Of a stretch of 55,469 bases of DNA, positions 48,870-55,469 are shown piece after piece. Where the stretch lies: contig DATIMT010000270.1 in assembly GCA_035475035.1 (NCBI GenBank), forward strand, positions 1 through 55,469. The letters are read 5' to 3'. Position 1 is the first letter of the stretch. Each line of letters begins with the position of its first letter. The notes beneath the pieces were generated by a model. That model saw only the letters and a list, made by a program, of their open reading frames with translations, was not told the DNA's origin and made no database searches. The DNA comes from Arthrobacter sp. (GTDB lineage: Bacteria > Actinomycetota > Actinomycetes > Actinomycetales > Micrococcaceae). Both the position numbers and the translations under genes were made by a program.

Positions 48870-49484
48870 ATGTCATCTTCAGTTGTGGCACCTGTCCCTG
48901 CAGTAAACAATCCCGATGATGAGTGGGTCCGTCCCACCTGGGAAGAAGTGGTCACCAACCACTCGGCAAAGGTCTACCGGCTGGCATACCGCCTGACCGG
49001 AAACAAGTATGACGCCGAGGACCTCACCCAGGAAGTCTTCGTCCGCGTCTTCCGGTCGCTGGAGAACTTCAAGCCCGGAACACTCGACGGGTGGCTGCAC
49101 CGGATCACCACCAACTTGTTCCTTGACCAGGCCCGCCGGAAGACCCGCATCCGTTTCGACGCCCTGGCGGAGGACGCGGAGTCCAGGCTGCCCGGCCGTG
49201 AGCCGGGTCCCGAGCAAAGCTTCGAGCTGAACAACCTGGACCTGGACGTGCAGGCCGCGCTGGAGGAGCTTCCGCCGGACTTCCGCGCCGCTGTGGTCCT
49301 GTGCGACCTTGAGGGGCTGTCCTACGACGAAGTTGCCGAGGCGCTGGGTGTCAAGCTGGGCACTGTCCGCTCGCGCATCCACCGCGGCCGGACCATGCTC
49401 CGTGAAAAGCTGGCCCACCGTGACCCGCGCCCGCAGCAATCCCGCCGCAAGCTCGCAATGCCCCGCATCGCCGGCATCCTCTGA
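48870..49484 (+). CDS. sigE: ECF RNA polymerase sigma factor SigE
   Basis: VYRLAYRLTGN..DAEDLTQEVF, GWLHRITTNLFLD, GTVRSRIHRGR. Confidence 0.96.
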   Translation: MSSSVVAPVPAVNNPDDEWVRPTWEEVVTNHSAKVYRLAYRLTGNKYDAEDLTQEVFVRVFRSLENFKPGTLDGWLHRITTNLFLDQARRKTRIRFDALAEDAESRLPGREPGPEQSFELNNLDLDVQAALEELPPDFRAAVVLCDLEGLSYDEVAEALGVKLGTVRSRIHRGRTMLREKLAHRDPRPQQSRRKLAMPRIAGIL

Positions 49485-49491
49485 TCGGCAC

Positions 49492-50394
49492 ATGAGGACC
49501 CAGATTCCTTTCGGCGGCAGGCATCAGCGCACCGGCAGCCACCTTGAGGCCTGCCAGGAGTGCGCCGCGTCCCTGCGCCGGGAACGGCAGTACCTTGAAC
49601 GCCTGCGGGATGCTCCCATTCCACCCGCCAGCGAGGACCTGACGGCGAGGCTGCTGGCACGCACCCACGAACTGGCAGCCCAGCCACCCGTACCCCCGCA
49701 GCAGGGCGGAACGTCCCGCGTAGCCGCCCGCGCGCTTGCCCTCACCGCGGGCGGAACTATGGCAGCGGCCGGAGTGCTGGCCGTCGGTGCGTTCACGGCC
49801 GCCGGCGACCCCCGGGCGGGAGAACCGGCAGGAACCGAAGCAGCCTTTTCGCACGTTTCGTCGCAGACGCCCGCCGACGGCAGGACGTTGACGGCGTCCC
49901 AACTGGCCACATTGCGCTCCGAAGGGTGGGCGTGCCCCGAACTGCAGGCCATGGGATTCCACCTGGAAGCGGCCAAGGCATTGGTGGTTGACGGGCAGCC
50001 TGCAGTAGAGCTGAGACTCACTGACGGCGCCCACCACGCCACCCTCACGGAACAGCACCCGGCCGCCAATCAAACGGCAGGCGACGCCACGCCTGCTTCG
50101 GGCAGTGCGGAGAGCCAGGCCGGCGCTGGCCCGAAAGACGGCCAGTTGCGGGTTTCGAGTACCTCCCCCTGGTTCGCCACGTACCGGGCCGCCGGCATCA
50201 CCATCACCTACCGTTCAGACCTGCCTCCCGAGGAGGCCGACGACGCTTTGCCCATCCTCAAGCGACTTGCCGATACCGCTGCCGAAGGGGTTGCGGCCGA
50301 CGTTCCCGAAACCACGACGAGCCCGGCCGCCGAGCCCCTTGACGCACGGCTGGAGCGCGGAATCAACAAGATCGCGGCCCTGTTCACCCAGTGA
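49492..50394 (+). CDS. Zinc-binding anti-sigma factor (RseA-like)
   Basis: HLEACQEC (HxxxCxxC), one TM segment, directly after sigE. Confidence 0.8.
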   Translation: MRTQIPFGGRHQRTGSHLEACQECAASLRRERQYLERLRDAPIPPASEDLTARLLARTHELAAQPPVPPQQGGTSRVAARALALTAGGTMAAAGVLAVGAFTAAGDPRAGEPAGTEAAFSHVSSQTPADGRTLTASQLATLRSEGWACPELQAMGFHLEAAKALVVDGQPAVELRLTDGAHHATLTEQHPAANQTAGDATPASGSAESQAGAGPKDGQLRVSSTSPWFATYRAAGITITYRSDLPPEEADDALPILKRLADTAAEGVAADVPETTTSPAAEPLDARLERGINKIAALFTQ

Positions 50395-50463
50395 CACGGA
50401 CTGTTTCACCGTCCGCCGGACGGGAATCGTCACTCGCAGCCCGGAGAGGGTAATCTTCCTAAA

Positions 50464-50871
50464 GTGTTTGGAATCAACGGCCCGGAATTCATAATTCTGC
50501 TGATCATTGGCGTTCTGGTGATCGGTCCCCAGCGGCTGCCGGAATATACCCAGAAGCTGGCAAACCTGGTCAAGGAAGTCCGCCGCATGGCGTCCGGCGC
50601 CCGTGAACAAATCAAGGAAGAAGTGGGCATCGACATCGACGATGTCGACTGGAAGAAGTACGATCCGCGCCAGTACGATCCCCGCCGGATCATCAGGGAA
50701 GCACTGCTCGACGACGACGACACCAAGCCCGTGAGCGCAGGCGCTCCGGCGGCCGTGGCTGCAGTTTCCGGCGCCGCCGCCGCGGCAGACGCAGCTCCCA
50801 AGAGGCCCGAAAGAGCGGTTGAGCGGCTGGCCCCAGGGGAACCTGCTCCGTTCGACACCGAAGCCACGTAG
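50464..50871 (+). CDS. tatB: Sec-independent translocase subunit TatB
   Basis: FGINGPE...IGPQRLP, YDPR, FDTEAT. Confidence 0.93.
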   Translation: MFGINGPEFIILLIIGVLVIGPQRLPEYTQKLANLVKEVRRMASGAREQIKEEVGIDIDDVDWKKYDPRQYDPRRIIREALLDDDDTKPVSAGAPAAVAAVSGAAAAADAAPKRPERAVERLAPGEPAPFDTEAT

Positions 50872-50928
50872 GGGCCGGCAGCGGCTGCGGCCGCTACTGC
50901 TCCCGGGGCTTGGCGTCAGGGATAAGGC

Positions 50929-52083
50929 TCAGCGGGGTTGCAGCCCCAGCTTCATCCCTGCGAGGCCGCGGGGCTTGGTTGCCAGTTGCCCGGCGATTCC
51001 CATCAGCGCCTCGGCAGCGGGTGCGCCTGGCTGGCCAAGGACAATCGGAACCCCTGTGTCCCCGCCTTCGCGCAGTTGGATGTCCAGGGGAATCTGGCCC
51101 AGCAACGGCACCTCCGCACCGACTGTGGCGCTGAGGCGTTCGGTGAGGACCGCCCCGCCACCGCTTCCGAACAGTTCCATCCGGCCGCCGTCGGGCATTT
51201 CCAGGTAGGACATGTTCTCGATGACGCCGGCGATCTTCTGCCCCGTCTGGGTGGCGATGGTGCCGGCGCGTTCGGCAACATCGGCAGCCGCTGCCTGGGG
51301 TGTGGTGACCACCAGGATCTCGGCCTTGGGGAGCAGCTGGGCAACGGAGATGGCGATGTCCCCTGTCCCGGGCGGGAGGTCCAGGAACAGCGCGTCCAGG
51401 TCGCCGAAGTAGACGTCGGTGAGGAACTGTTCCAGCGCCCGGTGCAGCATGGGTCCACGCCAGGCAACAGGCTTGTTGCCCGTCACGAACATGCCAATGG
51501 AAATCACCTTCACTCCATAGGCAACCGGGGGAAGGATCATGTCGTCCACCTGGGTTGGTGCCTGGGTGATTCCCATCAGCGCGGGTACTGAGAAGCCGTA
51601 AACATCCGCGTCCACGATGCCCACGCGCAGGCCCTGGGCAGCCAGGGCCGTCGCCAGGTTGACCGTGACCGAGGACTTGCCAACGCCGCCTTTGCCACTG
51701 GCCACGGCGTACACCTTGGTCAGGGAATCGGGTTCGTTGAAGGGGATTTTGCGCTGTCCGCCGGCGCCGCGCAGCTTCTCCTTGAGCGCGTCACGCTGGG
51801 CCTGGTCCATCACCTTCAGCTCGACGTCGACGGCGGTGACGCCGGGGACGGCGGCAAGGGCTTTCTGCGAATCCGCGGTGATGGTGTCCCGCAGCGGGCA
51901 GCCGGCGATGGTGAGCAGGACCGCCACGGTGACTTTTCCGTCGTCGGAAACCCGGACGGAATCCACCATGCCCAGCTCGGTGATGGGGCGGCGGAGTTCC
52001 GGGTCGATGACCGTGGCCAGGGCGTTGTTGACAGCCTGGACCAGTGGGGATTGGCTGGTTGCGGGGTCCAGGGGGACGGTCAT
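50929..52083 (-). CDS. mrp: Mrp/NBP35 Fe-S cluster carrier ATPase
   Basis: DUF59 (VIDPEL..ITELG, GCP), ASGKGGVGKSS, DLPPGTGD, ENMS; start 52083 or 52089. Confidence 0.95.
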   Translation of the reverse strand: MTVPLDPATSQSPLVQAVNNALATVIDPELRRPITELGMVDSVRVSDDGKVTVAVLLTIAGCPLRDTITADSQKALAAVPGVTAVDVELKVMDQAQRDALKEKLRGAGGQRKIPFNEPDSLTKVYAVASGKGGVGKSSVTVNLATALAAQGLRVGIVDADVYGFSVPALMGITQAPTQVDDMILPPVAYGVKVISIGMFVTGNKPVAWRGPMLHRALEQFLTDVYFGDLDALFLDLPPGTGDIAISVAQLLPKAEILVVTTPQAAAADVAERAGTIATQTGQKIAGVIENMSYLEMPDGGRMELFGSGGGAVLTERLSATVGAEVPLLGQIPLDIQLREGGDTGVPIVLGQPGAPAAEALMGIAGQLATKPRGLAGMKLGLQPR

Positions 52084-52147
52084 CGGCATAGCCTCGGCTT
52101 TCGTGCGGGAGCGGCGACGGGCAGGCCGGCTGCGGCCAGCCCGGCGG

Positions 52148-52840
52148 TCATTGGGTGGGGCGGCCGGGTTTGACCCGGGGGATCTGCTGGGTGCGGGGGT
52201 TGCGTTGACGGTCGCGCTGTTCCCGCAGCTTGTCCCTGACCTTGTCCCGGGGCGACTCGTGCGAGCCCGGACCGGTGTCGTCATGGGTCCGCAGCTCTTC
52301 CTGGGCTTCAAGCAGGTCTTCCAGGAGCGAGCGCAGTTCGGCCCGCACGTAGTCGCGGGTGGCTACCTCCCGCAGCGCGATCCGCAGCGAGGCAAGCTCC
52401 CGGGTCAGGTACTCCGTGTCGGAGAGGTTGCGCTCTGCCCGCTGGCGGTCCTGCTGCAAGGAGACGCGGTCGCGGTCGTCCTGCCGGTTCTGCGCCAGCA
52501 GCAGCAGCGGCGCCGCATAGGAGGCCTGCAGCGACAGCATGAGGGTCAACAGGGTGAAGCCAAGGGCCCTCGAGTCGAACTGCCACTCCGTAGGTGCCCA
52601 CGTGTTCCAGCCCAGCCAGAAAATGCAGAACACCGTCATGTAGACCAGGAACTGGGGGGTACCCATGAACCGGGCGAAGCCTTCCGTGGCATGACCGAAG
52701 GCGTCGGGGTCCGGCGAGAATTTGGGCAGGATCCGCTGACGGGCGCTCAAAGGCGTGTCGAGGCTGCCTTTTGATTCCGCGTTGGCCAGGTTCCGCTGGT
52801 TGGGGTTCTTCGGAGCACTGATATCAGCCAATGCGGCCAC
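52148..52840 (-). CDS. DUF1003 membrane protein
   Basis: ARFMGT..F, FTLLTLMLSLQASYAAPLLLLAQNRQ, coiled coil. Confidence 0.92.
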   Translation of the reverse strand: MAALADISAPKNPNQRNLANAESKGSLDTPLSARQRILPKFSPDPDAFGHATEGFARFMGTPQFLVYMTVFCIFWLGWNTWAPTEWQFDSRALGFTLLTLMLSLQASYAAPLLLLAQNRQDDRDRVSLQQDRQRAERNLSDTEYLTRELASLRIALREVATRDYVRAELRSLLEDLLEAQEELRTHDDTGPGSHESPRDKVRDKLREQRDRQRNPRTQQIPRVKPGRPTQ

Positions 52841-54107
52841 CGAGCTTCCTTATCGGGGCTTCGCCATCATTGGCGCGCCAATCGTCCGGCAACAAGTGAT
52901 CCAATACGTCATCAACAGTCACCGCCCCCACAAGCCGGCCCGCATCATTAACCACCGGGAGGGAATTCAGGTTATAGGTTGCCAGGGTCCGCGCCACTTC
53001 ACTGATGTGCGCCTGGTCGGACAACGGCTCAAGGTTCTTGTCCACCAGGTTTCCCAGTGCCTCGAACGGCGGGAAACGCAGCAGCTGCTGGATGTGCACT
53101 ACGCCCAGGAAGCGGCCTGTCGGCGTTTCAAGCGGCGGCCGGGCGATGAAGATCGACGATGCCAGGGCGGGGGAGAGCTCCTCGCGCCTGACGTGGGCCA
53201 GGGCTTCGGCGACGGTGGCTTCCGGAGGCAGGATGACCGGCACGGGGGTCATCAGGCCGCCGGCAGTGTCTTCGTCGTATTCGAGCAGCCGGCGGACGTC
53301 CTCGGCGCCTTCGGGCTCCATCAGCTGGAGCAGTTCCTCGGCCTGGGCGGAGGGGAGTTCACCGAGGAGGTCGGCGGCGTCGTCGGGATCCATTTCCTCC
53401 AGGACGTCCGCCGCGCGCTGGACATCCAGCGCGGAGAGGATTTCCACCTGGTCGTCCTCCGGCAGTTCCTGGAGGACGTCTGCCAGCCGTTCGTCCTGCA
53501 GTTCGCTGGCCACTTCGAAGCGGCGCTTGTCGCTCATCTCTTGCAGGGCCTCGGCGAAGTCCGCGGGTTTGAGGTCCTCGTGGTTGGCCACGAACTGGGT
53601 GGCTGCCTGCGGCTCGGTGCGCGGGCCCTGCTGGGCGTCTGCCCAGTCAATGATGAGGGTTTCGTTGCGGCGAAGCCGGCTCAGGGGGGACAGGGAGTGG
53701 CCGCGCCGGACGAAGAGCTTGCTGACGAACCAGTCGCGGGACCTGTGCTGGTCGATGGCGATGTCTTCGATGGTGGCGTCGCCGCTGCCGTCCCGGAGGG
53801 TGACCCTTCGGTCGAACATCTCGGCCACCACCAGGGTTTCCGCCCCGCGCTGTTCAAAGCGGCGCAGGTTGACCAGGCCTGTGCAGATGATCTGGGTCTG
53901 GTCGATCGAGGTAATCCGCGTCATGGGCACGAAGACCCGCTTTTTCCCGGGAACTTCCACCACGATGCCCACCACGTGCGGGGCTCCCTGGGTTCCGCGG
54001 GACAGCACAACAACATCGCGCAGCCGGCCCAGACGGTCGCCCAGCGGGTCGAAGACGTCGAGGCCCAGGAGGCGTGCCACGAAGACGCGGGTAGGTGTTG
54101 TGCTCAC
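52824..54107 (-). CDS. Soluble MgtE N-domain plus CBS pair protein with PRC-barrel-like N-terminus
   Basis: EEMDPDDAADLL, LLEYDEDTAGGLMT, GAVTVDDVLD; no TM region. Confidence 0.9.
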   Translation of the reverse strand: MSTTPTRVFVARLLGLDVFDPLGDRLGRLRDVVVLSRGTQGAPHVVGIVVEVPGKKRVFVPMTRITSIDQTQIICTGLVNLRRFEQRGAETLVVAEMFDRRVTLRDGSGDATIEDIAIDQHRSRDWFVSKLFVRRGHSLSPLSRLRRNETLIIDWADAQQGPRTEPQAATQFVANHEDLKPADFAEALQEMSDKRRFEVASELQDERLADVLQELPEDDQVEILSALDVQRAADVLEEMDPDDAADLLGELPSAQAEELLQLMEPEGAEDVRRLLEYDEDTAGGLMTPVPVILPPEATVAEALAHVRREELSPALASSIFIARPPLETPTGRFLGVVHIQQLLRFPPFEALGNLVDKNLEPLSDQAHISEVARTLATYNLNSLPVVNDAGRLVGAVTVDDVLDHLLPDDWRANDGEAPIRKLGGRIG

Positions 54108-54184
54108 CACTACAGGCTACCGAGTCTGCTCTCTTTTAGCTGAATTTACAGGCGGCACCCACCTTGATGGGCAAGAATGGGTTT

Positions 54185-55225
54185 ATGTCGAACATTTTTG
54201 GTGCTCCCAAGGCCGGCGCCCCGAACGGACCGGACGATGCCCGTGCCGTACCCACCGGTGACACCGTAGGCTCCTACACCTCCTACCTCGACGCCCAAAA
54301 AGCGGTGGACTACCTGGCGGACCAGCAGTTTCCGGTCCAGATGGTGTCCATCGTGGGCAATGAACTGAAGATGGTGGAGCGGGTCACGGGGCGCCTGAGC
54401 TACCCGCGGGTGGCCCTTTCGGGGGCACTGAGCGGCATGTGGTTCGGCCTGTTCGTGGGGGTCATGCTGTCCTTCTTCGCACCATCGCCGGGGTACTTCT
54501 CGATCATGACATCGGTGCTGATGGGTGCGGCCTTCTTCATGCTCTTCGGCATCGTCACGTACGCCATGCAGCGCGGCAAGCGGGACTTCACCTCCACCAG
54601 CCAGGTGGTGGCCACCAGCTACGACGTCATCGTGGCACCCGAGGCCGCCCACGAGGCGCGGCGCCTGCTCCAGCAGCTGCCCATGTCACGGTCGGACGCG
54701 GCATCCGGCCCCGGTCCGTACACCCAGCACGATTACTACAACCAGCCCCACCAGCACCAGCAGCAGCCGGGGCAGGAACAGCAGGGACAGGGTCCGGCCC
54801 GTCCCGCCGGTTGGAACGACCCCTACGGCCAGCGGCCCTCCGGCACCCCTTTCCAGGATGGGTCGGTCCAGGACGGCCGCGGCTACCCGAACGACGGCGG
54901 CCAGCAGCACAGCGGCCAGCAGCACGACGGCCAGCAGTACGACGGCGGCCAGCACCAGCAGCCGGCTCAGCCGGCCAGCCCGGCCAGGTCAGTCCGCTAC
55001 CCGGACCTGCCGGACGGCCGCCCCCAGTACGGTGTCCGCCTTCCGCAGGGTCCTGTGACGGGCCAGCCCGGCGCAGGACAGGCCGCGGAGCGCAGTGCAG
55101 AACATGGTGGAGCACACCGCGCGGACCAGAACCCGGGGCATCCTGCAGGGCAGGGTGCGGAAGATCCTGCAGACAGCCAGTACGGTGCGGAGGGTGACCA
55201 GCACCAGGGCGAACACCGGCAGTAG
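54185..55225 (+). CDS. General stress protein-like membrane protein with Q/G/P-rich tail
   Basis: SYLDAQKAVDYLAD..FPV..VSIVG, two TM helices, RDFTS, low-complexity C-terminus. Confidence 0.85.
   Translation: MSNIFGAPKAGAPNGPDDARAVPTGDTVGSYTSYLDAQKAVDYLADQQFPVQMVSIVGNELKMVERVTGRLSYPRVALSGALSGMWFGLFVGVMLSFFAPSPGYFSIMTSVLMGAAFFMLFGIVTYAMQRGKRDFTSTSQVVATSYDVIVAPEAAHEARRLLQQLPMSRSDAASGPGPYTQHDYYNQPHQHQQQPGQEQQGQGPARPAGWNDPYGQRPSGTPFQDGSVQDGRGYPNDGGQQHSGQQHDGQQYDGGQHQQPAQPASPARSVRYPDLPDGRPQYGVRLPQGPVTGQPGAGQAAERSAEHGGAHRADQNPGHPAGQGAEDPADSQYGAEGDQHQGEHRQ
54899..54960 (+). repeat. In-frame 15-nt tandem repeat
   Basis: GGCCAGCAGCACAGC GGCCAGCAGCACGAC GGCCAGCAGTACGAC GGCGGCCAGCACCAG, encoding GQQHS GQQHD GQQYD GGQHQ. 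Confidence 0.8.
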
Positions 55226-55329
55226 GACCGCCGCAACGTTCAAGGCCCAGGAAGCCTGCCGGCACGAAAGCCGGTCGGCACCGAAAGCCTGGCAGACCCC
55301 AAAACAAAAAGCGGGACCGCCGGAGAGAA

Positions 55330-55469
55330 TGAACTGGTCCCCGAAAGTTGGACTGGCCAAGTAAGAGCCTAAGCCGCAAGGGCCTGAGCACGGTATTGCA
55401 CCGGGCTCAGGCCCTTGAGTTTTGTTGAGATTCTGTCGGTGTTGTACCAGCGGATGTAGTCATGCAGCG
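55330..55469 (-). mobile_element. IS3-family insertion sequence, right end (truncated by window)
   Basis: Terminal IR beginning TG (TGAACTGGTCCCCGAAAGTTGGAC on + strand) just beyond the transposase stop. Confidence 0.88.
55369..55469 (-). CDS. IS3-family transposase OrfB, C-terminal end
   Basis: LHDYIRWYNTDRISTKLKGLSPVQYRAQALAA-TAG, matching the YI.WYN..R....L.G.SP..Y integrase-core tail. Confidence 0.9.
   Translation of the reverse strand, partial: LHDYIRWYNTDRISTKLKGLSPVQYRAQALAA

Noticed and set aside
50929-52311. Long N-terminal extensions in the ORF track for mrp, dapC, dapD, the anti-sigma and the TMEM175-like gene
   Set aside because: They overlap neighbouring genes or promoters; downstream starts have better signals, so no fusion or frameshift is supported
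54780-54980. Repeats as a possible CRISPR array
   Set aside because: They are in-frame coding repeats with no unique spacers and no cas genes

Overview
GC-rich actinobacterial chromosome segment. Gene content and order are typical of Micrococcaceae (Arthrobacter/Pseudarthrobacter-like); this assignment is inferred, not searched. It opens with tRNA-Ala(CGC) and a transport/regulator patch (TMEM175-like channel, a 50-aa membrane protein missing from the ORF track, CorA, two Lrp/AsnC, two MFS, LysR, sugar kinase, pirin, osmoprotectant ABC). Housekeeping genes follow: alaA-type aminotransferase, ppk2, xseBA, ispH, rmuC, ychF, a peptide ABC system, typA, fdxA-dapC, gltA, galE, dapD/dapE, gluABCD, LOG, a DivIVA-domain protein, a GT-C glycosyltransferase, DUF3117, sigE/anti-sigma/tatB, mrp, DUF1003 and an MgtE-N/CBS protein. 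The window ends inside the right end of an IS3-family element. I found no CRISPR array, prophage, integrase or defence island, and no clearly novel multi-gene system. The best leads are a possibly split MgtE-like Mg2+ module, a coupled DivIVA-domain/GT-C pair, structured leaders of DUF3117 and gltA, an IS that seems to have cut a host terminator while carrying its own hairpin, and widespread leaderless promoter architecture. All family calls come from motif recognition by eye.
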